64,000 bases of DNA from an uncultured delta proteobacterium (GTDB taxonomy: Bacteria > Myxococcota > Kuafuiibacteriia > Kuafuiibacteriales > Kuafuiibacteriaceae), in assembly GCA_963803435.1 (NCBI GenBank), contig CAWDML010000003.1, forward strand, positions 832,001 through 896,000. Direction: 5' to 3'. Shown here piece by piece: positions 32,631 to 43,341 of the stretch. The position numbers and the translations under genes are program-made. Numbering within the stretch: position 1 is the stretch's first letter; each line of letters starts with the position of its first letter. The notes below the pieces were generated by a model. The model had not been told where the DNA came from. It was given only the letters and a program-made list of their open reading frames with translations, and made no database searches.

Positions 32631-32639
32631 GGGTCCTCC

Positions 32640-33296
32640 TCACCGCCCATAGACGTCCTCGAACAGTCGCCGGATGATCTCGTTCGGTACGAACAGATCG
32701 AGCGAATGGGCGTAGATCAACAGGCTCAACACACGGCGCGGCGCGCGTAGGGCGCGAGACTGGAGATAGTCCCAGTCGATGTGTCCGCCCGCGATCAGAC
32801 CGAGCGCGTCGTGCCAGTGGCGGGGGCCGCACTCGTCGTGCACGACCGCCTTCATGATCAGGAGATCCTCAGGCGGAATCATACGCACGCGCATGCCGTG
32901 AAGGCGGGTGTCCACCACGCGCTCGAGCATCTCCGGATCGAGATAGATCCCCCCGGTGGAGCGAAAGATCACGTCGACCATTACGCCGTGCTTGAAGGCC
33001 TTGTAGATCCAATGATGGTCGGTCAGCTCGGTGCGAAAGTCGCGCTTGGCGAGGACCGCCAGCGTGCGCTCTGCGTCCTCGGGGCGGACCAGGATGTCGA
33101 TGTCGTGCGTCCATCGAGGGCGGCCGAAGCCTGCCGATGCGATGCCGCCGATCACCGCATACGGGAGCGCGGCCGACTCGAGCGCCTCCCCGACCTCACC
33201 GAGCACCTTGGCCATCAGCTCTTGATTGGGTCGTTCGTCTCCCTCCGTCCGAACGGCTTGCACCCCACCGTCATGGGCGGTGACCTCGGCTGGCAT
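32640..33296 (-). CDS. nucleotidyltransferase family protein
   Basis: IGGIA..RWTHDIDILV, VDVIF, PEDLLIMK. Confidence 0.85.
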   Translation of the reverse strand: MPAEVTAHDGGVQAVRTEGDERPNQELMAKVLGEVGEALESAALPYAVIGGIASAGFGRPRWTHDIDILVRPEDAERTLAVLAKRDFRTELTDHHWIYKAFKHGVMVDVIFRSTGGIYLDPEMLERVVDTRLHGMRVRMIPPEDLLIMKAVVHDECGPRHWHDALGLIAGGHIDWDYLQSRALRAPRRVLSLLIYAHSLDLFVPNEIIRRLFEDVYGR

Positions 33297-33308
33297 GGAT
33301 CGCTCGGT

Positions 33309-33324
33309 TGCAAGCGGCACACCA
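33309..33324 (-). promoter_or_regulatory. sigma54-like promoter TGGTGTGCCGCTTGCA
   Basis: GG-N10-GC with TTGCA; ATG 13 nt after GC. Confidence 0.55.
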
Positions 33325-33485
33325 CGGATCGGCCGGCGAGGGGACGCCGATCGCGAGGGGCGGGTGCCGCGCTTTTCCCCAGTGTGTCATCGCGACAATG
33401 TGAATCACTGCGCAACGCTTCGGTGTGCGCGCCGATAACATCTCAGGCTCGCCGCCGTGCGGAGGTCGGGTCGGAACGACCGTAG

Positions 33486-34835
33486 ATGTCTGTCGGCGCC
33501 GCAAGCTCTTCCTACGAACGCCGACGGATCGGTGAGGCCCCGCCCCTGGAGAAGGCGCCCACCACACTCCCGGCTCCCGAGCCACCGCCGCCGCCCCACG
33601 CGCCGCGGCCGGCCCGGAGGAAGGGTGTCTTCATGCACGCGGTCGGCGCCCTGTTCGGCCGGCGCAACGTCGGCATCGCGGTGGTCGGCGCGCTCATGGG
33701 GACCTTGGTCGGCGATACGCCCGCCATGACCGGGCGCGGCCCGCCGCCGACCGAGATCCGGATCGAGCAGAGCGTCCCGCACCGCGAGGCGTCCTACGTG
33801 GCCGGTGCCGTGCGGCAGGCGTCGCGCGCGCTGGCGCCCCTCGGGATCGATCAGTTGGACGTGCTCCGCTCGATGACCAGCGCGTCGATCTCGGTCGATG
33901 TCGACGGCGACCACCTCCTCCAGGAACCCGGCTCCTCGGGGCTGGAGATCCGCGCCGGCACCCGGATCACCGCCCGCGTCTCGCACACGGGCTTCCAGGT
34001 CACCGCCAACCCCGGCTTTCCTTGGCGCCTCCAGGGGGCGCCGGATCCGGACATCGAGGCGCTCTCCTACGACTTTGCGACGGCGCGCTTCGACGTCACG
34101 GCCTCGGGCTGGGGCCCGGACGCGATCTACGAGTACCTCGCGACCACGCAGGCGAACGAGGGCCTGGTGTCGCAGCTGCCGTCCGAGATGCAGCGTCCGG
34201 GCTTCGATCTCTGGAAGGATCCACAGATCGAGCGCCACCTCCAGACGGTGATCGATCTGCTCCGCTCCGCAGATCCCGGCACGGGCGACCAGCAGGTCGG
34301 CCGCGGCCTCTCGTCATTGAGCGTGTCGCTGTCGTTCGCCGTGCCGCACCGGGCGATCATTCCGCTCCCGGACAGCGACTATTCGGCCGAGGTGAAGGAG
34401 GGGACGTGGATCGATCTCTCGGCGAGCTTCTCGGGCCCGCTCGACGGGTCGCGCCTCGAGTCGATCACGGTGAGGTTCAGCCGTCCCCTCGAGGTGTCGC
34501 CCGGGCGCGCGCACGACAGCATGCTGCGGAAGATGGACGTCCATTCGGTCACCCTCTCCGAGGGCGGGCAGATCGATCTGGACTACGAGCTGGGTCCCGA
34601 GCAGGTGTTCGACGGCGTGCGGGCGCTGGTCGCGCTCTTTGCGATGGCCGCCGAGCACCGCCCCGTCGATCTCTCCTTCGAGCGCACCCGTATGGAGCGG
34701 CTGCGGGCCCGGGTGCAGGCGCAGATCGACGGCGAGGCCGAGCCGAAGCTGGCCCAGCTCTTGAGGAGCCACGACTCTGCGATTCCCGGGGTCTCGCTGG
34801 TGCGCCTGTTCGGGCTCGATCGCGGCGTGCCGTAG
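33486..34835 (+). CDS. hypothetical protein
   Basis: Long ORF with coding-like codon use; Pro-rich N-terminus. Confidence 0.65.
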   Translation: MSVGAASSSYERRRIGEAPPLEKAPTTLPAPEPPPPPHAPRPARRKGVFMHAVGALFGRRNVGIAVVGALMGTLVGDTPAMTGRGPPPTEIRIEQSVPHREASYVAGAVRQASRALAPLGIDQLDVLRSMTSASISVDVDGDHLLQEPGSSGLEIRAGTRITARVSHTGFQVTANPGFPWRLQGAPDPDIEALSYDFATARFDVTASGWGPDAIYEYLATTQANEGLVSQLPSEMQRPGFDLWKDPQIERHLQTVIDLLRSADPGTGDQQVGRGLSSLSVSLSFAVPHRAIIPLPDSDYSAEVKEGTWIDLSASFSGPLDGSRLESITVRFSRPLEVSPGRAHDSMLRKMDVHSVTLSEGGQIDLDYELGPEQVFDGVRALVALFAMAAEHRPVDLSFERTRMERLRARVQAQIDGEAEPKLAQLLRSHDSAIPGVSLVRLFGLDRGVP

Positions 34836-34878
34836 CGCGGATCACGGCAGGCGCTCCCGGAATGCGTCACGAGGAGGG

Positions 34879-36145
34879 ATGGGCCGCCTTCCGCGCCTCC
34901 TGACTGGGCTGATCGCCCTCGTGGCACCGCGCGCGGGCGAGGCCGCCTCACTTCGGGTCCTGGTCAAGACGGTCCGCTCTGCGCCGGAGCTGGCGACGGA
35001 GGCGATGCATCTCACGGAGTCGCTCCTGGTGGCGCTCGGCAAGCGCGACGGGGTCACGGTGATCGGCGACGCCGAGCTGGATCTCTTGCTCGCGCACGAG
35101 GGGGACAAGCGCGATCTCGAGGCGTGCACGCAGGAGGCGTCGTGCCTGGCGAAGCTCGAGACGGTGGTCGACGCGGAGAAGATGATGACGACGCAGCTCG
35201 CGCGCTGGGGCGATGCGTATCTGGTCACGGTCTCACTGTCCGATCTGCGCTCGGCTTCGCTCGAGCGTGGTGAGAGCTGTCAGGGCGAGACCGTCGAGGA
35301 GGTGGAGCGCTGCGGCACCGAGCTGGCGGGCGCGCTTCTGGGCGGGAAGCTGGCGGGGACCGATGCGTTCAAGCTCGCGGAGGGCCGCCTCGAGGTGGCG
35401 GTCCTGGATCTGGAGGCGTATGGCGCAGGCGCTGAGCTCGCCAAGAACCTCACCCAGCTCCTGGCGCTCGAGCTGAAGAAGATCGACGGCCTGTCCGTGA
35501 TCAGCCGCGACGAGGTGGCAGCCGCGCTGGCCTACGAGGTGGACCGACAGGTGGTCACGTGCACCAGTGACGTGTCGTGCTTGATCGAGATCGGCGGGGC
35601 CCTCGGCGTGGAGTCCTTGGTGATGGGCGCCGTGGGCAAGCTCGGCGAGACCTTCGTGATCCACCTGAAGCTCCTGCGCGCGGAGACGGGCGAGGTGCTG
35701 CACCGGGTCTCGGAGTCGTATCGAGGACCCGAGCGGCATCTCGGGCAGGCGCTCCGCTTCGCCGTCCGGCACCTGATCGGGCGGCGGCTCGAGGGCACCG
35801 GCGAGCTCTCGCTGGCGCTCGACGCGGACGGCGCCTCCTTGTCGATCGACGGGGCCGCCGCGCATCCCTTGGGCGCCGGCGCGCCGCCTGCGACGGTCTC
35901 CGCAGGAAAGCATACGCTGGTGCTGGCGGCGCCCGACTTTCATCGGCTCTCGGAGGAGTTCTACGTCGAGCCCGGAGCGACCACCACGCTCCACCCGGAG
36001 CTCGTCCCGCTCCCGCGGGCCTGGTACCGCCAGTGGTGGCCCTGGGCGATCATCGGCGCCGCCGTCGCCGCCGCCGTGACGACGTCGATCGTGCTCGGCG
36101 TCGACGCGCCCGAGAATGGTCGTGTCGACGTCCAGATCGAATCGA
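34879..36145 (+). CDS. exported protein with two TolB-N/CsgG-like repeats, PEGA domain and C-terminal TM; stop probably lost to a 1-nt insertion
   Basis: C...SCL repeats; PEGA-like region; WYRQWWPW TM; TCGA at 36142 becomes TGA if one C is removed. Confidence 0.7.
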
Positions 36146-36229
36146 CCGACGCTGTCCGCTTCGTCCGGCAATTTGTCCGGATTCCGGACGACCTTTCGGA
36201 CGATCCCGTTCTCTTCCCGATGAAACGCT

Positions 36230-36245
36230 TGGCCCGGAGTCTGCT
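36230..36245 (+). promoter_or_regulatory. sigma54-like promoter TGGCCCGGAGTCTGCT
   Basis: GG-N10-GC; upstream GTCCG/CGGAC repeats at 36153-36201. Confidence 0.5.
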
Positions 36246-36258
36246 TTTCGGGTGGCCG

Positions 36259-36606
36259 ATGAAGGAGCAACTCGACTGGCTCGCCGATCAGCTGATCCAG
36301 ACCCTCTGCGCTCGCGACCCCGAGATCGCCGAAGGATTCGTACGCACCGTGGGACCGCCCGGCTATCGGCGCCTCGACTACCGCAATCGCGCGCTCGCTT
36401 ACGTCCGCAGCCGGCCGAAGAAGGCCATCGTCCGGATCGACGTGCCCGGGATCTGGCGCGGGCCGCTGACGTGCAGCCTCTCCATGGCGAGCGCCAACGG
36501 ATGGGCGCTCGCGCTCCGGACGGAGCACGACGTCCCCGAGGCGGTGCAGGCGATCCTGACGGCGGTCGAGCACGAGCGGCTGCGGCGCGGCTGGTCCTCG
36601 CGGTAG
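36259..36606 (+). CDS. hypothetical protein, probably separate from the upstream ORF
   Basis: ATG directly after a sigma54-like motif; the preceding ~110 nt look intergenic. Confidence 0.55.
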   Translation: MKEQLDWLADQLIQTLCARDPEIAEGFVRTVGPPGYRRLDYRNRALAYVRSRPKKAIVRIDVPGIWRGPLTCSLSMASANGWALALRTEHDVPEAVQAILTAVEHERLRRGWSSR

Positions 36607-36689
36607 GGGGGGCGCTCGCAGACCGGGGGGCTCCGTCGCTCCGGACGCGCCCGTCCTGTCCAGCCGGACGGCCACGCGCGGCTGAGAAG

Positions 36690-36705
36690 TGGTCTCCAGT
36701 TTGCT
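36690..36705 (+). promoter_or_regulatory. sigma54-like promoter TGGTCTCCAGTTTGCT
   Basis: GG-N10-GC with TTGCT; ATG 13 nt after GC. Confidence 0.55.
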
Positions 36706-36717
36706 CTGCGATCCCGC

Positions 36718-37812
36718 ATGCGATTCGACGTCAGGAACGACCTCCGTGCCGCCAGCTTCCTGTCCGCCCTCGGATTCGATCCGCGGCAGGTCATGCGGAG
36801 CCTCTACGAGCGTCCAACGGACGGGCTCGCGGAGCTCGGCGATGCCTTCGACAACACCAGCGCCGCCCTCGGTCCGGCGGGTCTCGCCAGCCTGCTGCAG
36901 CGGGGCAACGTCGGGTCGGGCCTGGCGATGCCGTTCCCGGGGCTGCTCGACGGGCGGGCGCGTTCGCGGGGCTGGGCCGCGCCGGAGAGCGGCTTCGAGC
37001 CGGAGCAGTTTCCCCCCGGATCGGCCGGCCGTCGCCTGGCCCGGTTCTTCCGCGACGATCCGTTCGCGCGGCAGCAGATCGAGCGCCAGCTCGGCGGGCG
37101 GATCGTCCCCAGCAGCCTTTCGCCCGCCGGCTTCAGCGTGCAGCAGTTCGCCCCCGGGGCCTTTCCGGGCGGGGGCGTCGGCAATCAGGCCGCCTCGCAG
37201 GCCTACGCGATGCTCGGCGCCCTCGATCGCGCGGGGGCCTACGCCCAAAACCCCTTCCAGACGATGATGATGGGCGCGCTCGGCCAGATGGCGCTGGCGC
37301 AGGTTCAGCAGCAACAGCAGCAGCAACAGCAGCAGCAGCAGCAGAACCAGATCTTCTCGCCGTCGGACTTCCTCGATCTGAACCCCGACGGTACGCCCCG
37401 CGGCGGCACCGCCAACGCGTTCACCAGCGTCCCCGGGATCCCTTCACCGACGCAGGGTCTGTTCGGGATCGGCGCAGGCGGCGATACGGGCGCGATCATG
37501 AGCGATCCCGGGCTGACGGTGGAGGACAAGGTCACGCTTCTGATCATGCAGATCATGAAGAAGATGGACCAGGACATCGAGGCGCAGGCGAACTACATCA
37601 ATTCGCTCCAGCAGCAGCAGAACGGCGGCGGCGGGAAGGGCGGTAAGGGTGGCAAGGGCGGTGCCGGCGGCGGAGCGCCCTCCATCGACGTCGAGACGAT
37701 GAAGCTGAAGCGCCTCATCGACAAGCGCAGTCAGATGTTCGACATGCTCCGGCAGATCATCGACAAGTACAACCAGACCGCCAAGGGCATCATCGACTCG
37801 ATGGGTCGCTGA
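36718..37812 (+). CDS. Gln/Gly-rich protein with a T3SS-filament-like C-terminal helix
   Basis: Poly-Q; ends KRSQMFDMLRQIIDKYNQTAKGIIDSMGR; no signal peptide. Confidence 0.65.
   Translation: MRFDVRNDLRAASFLSALGFDPRQVMRSLYERPTDGLAELGDAFDNTSAALGPAGLASLLQRGNVGSGLAMPFPGLLDGRARSRGWAAPESGFEPEQFPPGSAGRRLARFFRDDPFARQQIERQLGGRIVPSSLSPAGFSVQQFAPGAFPGGGVGNQAASQAYAMLGALDRAGAYAQNPFQTMMMGALGQMALAQVQQQQQQQQQQQQQNQIFSPSDFLDLNPDGTPRGGTANAFTSVPGIPSPTQGLFGIGAGGDTGAIMSDPGLTVEDKVTLLIMQIMKKMDQDIEAQANYINSLQQQQNGGGGKGGKGGKGGAGGGAPSIDVETMKLKRLIDKRSQMFDMLRQIIDKYNQTAKGIIDSMGR
37306..37344 (+). repeat. CAG/CAA repeat encoding poly-Gln (13 codons)
   Basis: Read directly. Confidence 0.85.
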
Positions 37813-37931
37813 AAGTACGACCTCCGCCCCGAGGACGACCCGCCTCATTGTGCTGTCTCCCGCGCCTCGCTTTCCGGGCGCGCTGGACCCGCGGTCGTGA
37901 CACGCGCGCGCGTGCACGGTAGTCCCGACCC

Positions 37932-39254
37932 GTGCTCCTCTGGCTGCTGGCCGCCACGTCGACCGCGACGTTCGGCGCGCACGGCTTTGTCCTCGATCGG
38001 AGCGGCCGATATACGTCGGTGCATCTCGACGCCGAGGACCGCGCGGTGGCCGCCGGCTTCAGTAAGGGCGCGGCGATCCTCGATCGGTATCTCCAGGACG
38101 GCGCGCGCGACCCCACGTTCTGGCGGGACAGCGCGGTGGTCGACGCGCCCGGGCGCGATCGGTTCCTCGACGTCACGGTCGATGGGGCCGGCTGGATCCT
38201 CGCCGCCGGCCAGCAGGATCGGCGAGGGTTGATCGCTCGGTTCCTCCCCGACGGCCAGCCCGATCGCAGCTTCGGCGAGCTCGGGCTGGTGATCGGCCGG
38301 GACGGAGGCGCGTTCCTCCACGAGCGGGGCGGCGAGTCGAGCGATCGCTTCGACTCGGTCGACGTCGACTCGCGGGGACGGATCGTGGTGGCGGGCGTCG
38401 CCGCCGGGTTCCGGCCCTCACGGTGGAGCGAAACCTTCCTGTGCCGCTGGTTCGATCTCAAGCTGTGCTGGTCCTTCGAGGAGACGACGCTGGTGGCGCG
38501 CTTTCTCGCAGATGGACGCCTCGATCATACGTTTGCGGGCAGCGGATACGTGCTCGGGCGCGGCGGCGCGCGCTGGCACGTGGGCCCGCACGACGAGCTG
38601 CTTCAGGCTGTCGTGCTCGAGGGCGATCGGATCGCGGCCGCGGGTTGGGCCTCCGGCGAGACCTACGACGACGAGCGCACGATCGTGGTGCGCTATCTCG
38701 AGGACGGTTCGCTCGATCCAGCGTTCGGTTCCGGCGGCGCGGTGGTGAGCCGGCCCGAGTCCTTCGCAGGCGGCGCCAAGGAGGTCCTCTACGGCCTCAC
38801 GCGCGACGGCGATCGGCTCGTCACCTGCGGGTTCTCGTTCGATCGTTCGCACCACATCCGGGCGCTCCTCGAGACCTACGACGCGGCTGGGACATTGATC
38901 GGGCACGCCCTCACCGATGCAAGACAGCTGGCAGACTCCGACATCGAGGACTACGTGAAGTGCGCGGTCGACGCGAAGGGGAGGGTGGTCGGCGTCGGCT
39001 TCACCGACGATGACTGGTCGTACGGAGACGAGCCCGACCGCGCCTTGATCGGCCGTCACCGTGCGGACGGCGCCCTCGACGGCAGCTTCAGCAGCTACCA
39101 GGACGGGCGATCCATCTTCGCCGTGACGAAGAACGATGGCTTCTACGATCTGGCGCTGGACGCCTCGGGTCGTGTCTGGGCGGTGGGCTCGGCGAGCGGT
39201 CGGACGCTGATCGCGCGCTTCCGCGACGATCTGACGCTCGACGGATCCCGCTGA
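37932..39254 (+). CDS. delta-60 repeat beta-propeller protein
   Basis: Repeated ARFLxDGxLDxSFG motifs. Confidence 0.8.
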   Translation: MLLWLLAATSTATFGAHGFVLDRSGRYTSVHLDAEDRAVAAGFSKGAAILDRYLQDGARDPTFWRDSAVVDAPGRDRFLDVTVDGAGWILAAGQQDRRGLIARFLPDGQPDRSFGELGLVIGRDGGAFLHERGGESSDRFDSVDVDSRGRIVVAGVAAGFRPSRWSETFLCRWFDLKLCWSFEETTLVARFLADGRLDHTFAGSGYVLGRGGARWHVGPHDELLQAVVLEGDRIAAAGWASGETYDDERTIVVRYLEDGSLDPAFGSGGAVVSRPESFAGGAKEVLYGLTRDGDRLVTCGFSFDRSHHIRALLETYDAAGTLIGHALTDARQLADSDIEDYVKCAVDAKGRVVGVGFTDDDWSYGDEPDRALIGRHRADGALDGSFSSYQDGRSIFAVTKNDGFYDLALDASGRVWAVGSASGRTLIARFRDDLTLDGSR

Positions 39255-39264
39255 CCCTCGCCGA

Positions 39265-40032
39265 TCACACGCCGAGAACGCCAAAGTCGCGGGCGAGCAC
39301 CGAACGCCAGGCCGCTTCGTCTGCGACGGGGTGCTCGGTGCGCACGCTCCCCTCCGTCACGATGAGCTGGCGATCGCGGAGGGTCACCCGTCCGATCGGC
39401 GTAAGCCGTGTGATCACCCGCTTCTGGGTGAAGTGCGATTGGGGGGAGGTCTGGTGATACGCGCACCTCTGCTGGAAGTCGGCCATCGATCGAGGCTCCT
39501 CGGTGAACGCGTACTGATCCGAGAAGTCGGCCGCGCCGGCCGCCCGCGACGCGTAGATCAGTGACCCCTCGCGGCGGGTCACGCGGTGTGCCTCGAGCCG
39601 CTGCTGCACTGGGCGGTCGTCGTCGATATCGAGCGGCCGGACGAAGGCTTCGCCGAACCCAACGTCCACGAGCCACCGCCCCTCGCAGGCCACCAGCAAC
39701 GCCAGGTGATCGTGCGGCGGACTCAGCGCCCCGCCGGCGCCGAACACGCGCGCGGAGACCCGCGAGGTCGGATAGCCCATCGCCTCCAGCAAGCGCGCGA
39801 AGAGGCCGTTGAGCTCGTAGCAGAAGCCGCCGCGGCGGCGGGTCACGATCTTGTCGAAGAGCGAGGCCTCTTCGAGCACGATCGGCTCACCCCGGTGGAT
39901 GTCGAGGTTCTCGAACGGCACGGCCAGCAGGTGGGCCTCCTGGAGCTCGGCGAGCGCCTGCGGCGAGGGCACGCGGGCGCCTCGGTAGGCGATGCGATCC
40001 AGGTAGCGCTCGATGTCGAAGGGCGGGCCCAT
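39265..40032 (-). CDS. arylamine N-acetyltransferase
   Basis: PFENL, RRGGFCYELN, HLAL, VDVGFG. Confidence 0.93.
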   Translation of the reverse strand: MGPPFDIERYLDRIAYRGARVPSPQALAELQEAHLLAVPFENLDIHRGEPIVLEEASLFDKIVTRRRGGFCYELNGLFARLLEAMGYPTSRVSARVFGAGGALSPPHDHLALLVACEGRWLVDVGFGEAFVRPLDIDDDRPVQQRLEAHRVTRREGSLIYASRAAGAADFSDQYAFTEEPRSMADFQQRCAYHQTSPQSHFTQKRVITRLTPIGRVTLRDRQLIVTEGSVRTEHPVADEAAWRSVLARDFGVLGV

Positions 40033-40034
40033 GC

Positions 40035-41192
40035 TCAGCGGCAGGTGTGGGTTCGGTTCCGGCAGCGGTTCGAGCAGCAGTCCGCGTTCGAGCTGCACGT
40101 GCCGCCTTGCGGGTGGCACGTCGGTGCGGCGATGCAGCCGAGGCCGGGATCGCAGATCTGGTTCGGCGAGCATACGAGCGGGCTGCCGGTCCGGCAGGTT
40201 CCGGCCTGGCAGGTCTCTGCGCCGTTGCAGGCGTTGCCGTCGCTGCAGTCCGCGTTCGAGCTGCAGCCCGGGACGGCGCGATACGTCGCGACCGACGCGT
40301 TGGCGCGCGTCGACTGCCCCGAGGTGAACTCGTACATGCAGGCGTCGTCGGTGTAGTCCATGAAGTTGTTGATCGGATCGCTGCCCGGAGAAGAGCAGGT
40401 ATTGCGTCCGGCGGGGCAGCCGAACGCGGCCGACTTCTCCGCGGGCGTGTCGGCGACCGAGTCGCCGCTGCCGCCGCAGCCACCCTGGAACGTGTGGTAG
40501 AGCCCGACCCAGTGGCCGGTCTCGTGGGTGAGCGTGTCGCCCTCGTCATACGGGGCCGCGCCGCCGCCGGGGACCGAGGAGTAGAGGATCACGACGCCGT
40601 CGTCCTTCGGATCGCCGGCGTACCACCACGGAAACGTCGACCACCCGAGCAGGCCGCCGCCCGGGTTGCAGGTGTAGACGTTGAGGTCGGCGGCGCCGCC
40701 CATCCTGAGCGTATTCTTCATCGAGGACTCGACGGAGGTCGAGTCGCAATGGTTGAACCAGTTGCTGTTGTCGGTGAAGTCGACGCTGGCGAGCGTGAAC
40801 TGAAAGCCGGTGATCGTCCCGCCGGTTTGACCGCCGTAGGACGCGTTCAGCACGTCGATGGAGGATTGGATGGCGCCCATCGAGAGGCGGCCCGTGTTGC
40901 CGCTCGAGATCACGTGCCAGTGCACGGAGAACGTCATCGGGGCGCTCGCGGCGAACAGCTGGATCCGGGGGCGAAGGACCGCGTCGATCTCGGCGATCTC
41001 GGCCGGGCTGGGGTTTGGCGTCCCACAGTGGGCGCCGGGTACCGCCGGCAGCCGGATCTCCGGGCGCGCCGGATCCACCGAGACCGGCCGCTCCTCGGGC
41101 ACGTTCGGATCGGTCCGGCGATCGCTGCCGCATCCAGGAGCGAGAAAGGCCGCGGCGAGCAGACACGAGGCGGTCGAAGTGAGTCGCTTCAA
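40035..41192 (-). CDS. M43 (pappalysin/ulilysin-like) zinc metalloprotease lipoprotein
   Basis: [18 protein letters not shown] Met-turn, HCGT switch; LAPGC lipobox; Cys-rich tail. Confidence 0.9.
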   Translation of the reverse strand: MKRLTSTASCLLAAAFLAPGCGSDRRTDPNVPEERPVSVDPARPEIRLPAVPGAHCGTPNPSPAEIAEIDAVLRPRIQLFAASAPMTFSVHWHVISSGNTGRLSMGAIQSSIDVLNASYGGQTGGTITGFQFTLASVDFTDNSNWFNHCDSTSVESSMKNTLRMGGAADLNVYTCNPGGGLLGWSTFPWWYAGDPKDDGVVILYSSVPGGGAAPYDEGDTLTHETGHWVGLYHTFQGGCGGSGDSVADTPAEKSAAFGCPAGRNTCSSPGSDPINNFMDYTDDACMYEFTSGQSTRANASVATYRAVPGCSSNADCSDGNACNGAETCQAGTCRTGSPLVCSPNQICDPGLGCIAAPTCHPQGGTCSSNADCCSNRCRNRTHTCR

Positions 41193-41277
41193 GTGGTCAT
41201 CCCCCTGCGCATCGAAGTGCCACGAACCGATCCCGGCCACCATCAGCTCCCTGACGGAAGTCACCTTCGGTCGGGCC

Positions 41278-41390
41278 ATGACCTGGATCTGATGGAGGTA
41301 CGCATCAGTGCGCGCATGCTTCGTCGAGGTCGGCCGCACGCTGAGCTTCAGCGCCGCCGCCAAGACGATGGGGATGACGAGCGAGGGGTC
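41278..41390 (+). pseudogene. LysR HTH remnant
   Basis: [20 protein letters not shown] resembles a LysR N-terminus; broken start, no continuation. Confidence 0.45.
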
Positions 41391-41415
41391 TTTCGCGTGG
41401 TCACCGCAGGCGACT

Positions 41416-43284
41416 TCACGTCGCCGCTTCCAACCTTGGAAGAACAAACGTGAGCGTCGTTCCCTCACCGAGGGTGCTCTCGACCTCGATCTCGCCGCTG
41501 TGCTTGCTCGCGGTCGCGTGGGCTGCGCACAGGCCCATGCGCATCTTGGTCCGCGCGCCGCCCTCGGACCAGGCCATGTCGAACAGGTGCGCCGCCTTCT
41601 CCGGGCTCATGCCGCGACCGCTGTCGCGCACGCGCACCAGCACGTGGCCGTCCGTCGCGGTGGTCTCCACCGAGACGACGCCGGCCCCGTCGATCGCTTG
41701 AACCGCGTTCTCCAGCACGGTCATGAACGCTTGATTCAGCTGTCGGGGCCAACCTTCGATCAGCGGGACGTCCTCGAAGCGGCGCTCGACCTCGATCGTT
41801 TCCGGGATCGCCGGTTCGAGGAGCGCGAGCGTGCTCTCCAGGCCCTCTCGGACGTCGAACGCACGGCGCTCGGCGTGATCCAGCTGGGCGAAGCGCGCCA
41901 GGCCGTGCGCCACCGCCGAGAGCCGCTCCAGCGCTTGCTCCGTGGATTGCGCGCAAGACTCGAGCACCGCCGCCAGCTTGGCGACCTGGGCGCTGTCATC
42001 CTCCACCAGCCCCAGCAAGCGCTCGGTCGCGGTGGCGGAGAGCTGAGCGTTGCTCCTCAGGACGCCCAGCGGGGTGTTGAGCTCGTGTGCGGCGCCCGCG
42101 GCGAGCGTGTTCAGGAGCCCCATCTTCTCGGCCTCGAGGAGCTTCGACTGCATCGCGTGGAGCTCGACGTATCTCAGCTTGTGGATCTCGGCGTCCTTCT
42201 TGGCGGCCTCCATGGCGGCGCGCGCTTCGACCTGGGCGAGCTTGCTGTGCGCCTCCCGCTGGGAGATCTGCTCGCGAAGCGCCTGGACGCGGCGCAGATG
42301 GACGATCGCCGAGGCGAGCTCATCCTGCTGCTCCGAGAGCTCGGCGAGCGCCTCGTGCGCGGCGGTCTCGGTCACGATCGAGACCGAGTCGCCCTCGACG
42401 CGGCGAAGCGCATCGTTCAACTCGTGGGTGGCCTCGGCGAGCGCGCCCTGGTCGATCAGCAGACGGCCCAGCGCGACCTGCACGCCGGCGCCCATCACGT
42501 TCCTGATCGTCTCCGTAGAGAGGGAGTCGAGCGCGGCGCGATAGAGCCGCTCGGCCTCGGCAGGACGGCCGCGGTCGTTCTCGATCTCCGCCATCACGGT
42601 CAAGGCGGTCGCGTACGACCACTCGTTCTCGGTCGTCTCGGACACCTCGCGGCACAGCTCGGCGTACTTCAGCGCGTCCTCGCTCCGGCCCGCCAGCTTG
42701 AGGACCTTGCAGAGCCGCGTGCAGATCGCGGTCACGCCCGCGAGGTCGTGGGCAGCCTCGAAGATAGCGAGCGCCTCCTCGAGACGCTCGACGCCGGCGT
42801 CGATCTCGCCGGAGCCCGCCAGGATCCCGCCGACGCTGCTCAGCGCGTAGCCCTGCCGGATCGGATCACCGATCTCGCGCGCAATGCTCAGCGCGTCCAG
42901 CGCCAGCTCGAGCGCGACGGTCAGCTCTCCGATGTGCTCGTAGATCGAGGCCAGGAAGTCGCGGGACGCCGCACGCCCCGAAGGGTCGCTGGCCTCGTCG
43001 AACAGCCGCTTGGCCTCCTCCGCCAGACTGAACAGCGCGGTCATGCCGTCGCTGTCGATCGTCATCGCCATGGTTCGGGCGGCTCGGGCCTGACCCAGCG
43101 TGTAGCCGTGCTCGATCGCCAGCGCCCGACCTTCGCCGGCGAGCGCATGCGCGCGCGGCACCTCGTCGATGCGTAGCGCCCACGCCAGCTCGTTGAGGGC
43201 GTCGACGCGCATCACCGGATCGATCGGCGGAGCGCTCGCCGCCTCCAGGCGCGTCTCCAGCTCGAGGATGAGAGTGTCCGCCAT
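41416..43284 (-). CDS. TPR-sensor histidine kinase
   Basis: AHELNTP H-box, ENAVQA, DSGRG, MGL, GEGT; N-terminal TPRs. Confidence 0.9.
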   Translation of the reverse strand: MADTLILELETRLEAASAPPIDPVMRVDALNELAWALRIDEVPRAHALAGEGRALAIEHGYTLGQARAARTMAMTIDSDGMTALFSLAEEAKRLFDEASDPSGRAASRDFLASIYEHIGELTVALELALDALSIAREIGDPIRQGYALSSVGGILAGSGEIDAGVERLEEALAIFEAAHDLAGVTAICTRLCKVLKLAGRSEDALKYAELCREVSETTENEWSYATALTVMAEIENDRGRPAEAERLYRAALDSLSTETIRNVMGAGVQVALGRLLIDQGALAEATHELNDALRRVEGDSVSIVTETAAHEALAELSEQQDELASAIVHLRRVQALREQISQREAHSKLAQVEARAAMEAAKKDAEIHKLRYVELHAMQSKLLEAEKMGLLNTLAAGAAHELNTPLGVLRSNAQLSATATERLLGLVEDDSAQVAKLAAVLESCAQSTEQALERLSAVAHGLARFAQLDHAERRAFDVREGLESTLALLEPAIPETIEVERRFEDVPLIEGWPRQLNQAFMTVLENAVQAIDGAGVVSVETTATDGHVLVRVRDSGRGMSPEKAAHLFDMAWSEGGARTKMRMGLCAAHATASKHSGEIEVESTLGEGTTLTFVLPRLEAAT

Positions 43285-43341
43285 AGCACTTCGAGTAACG
43301 CCGACGCGGATGGCGCGCCACCGTGATCCGCCGTGCCGAGG

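Noticed and set aside
37305-37577. Poly-Cys ORF on the minus strand
   Set aside because: Antisense reading of the CAG/CAA poly-Gln tract.
41206-41222. sigma54 promoter for the M43 protease (TGGCAC...)
   Set aside because: GG-to-GC spacing is 9 or 11 nt, not the required 10.
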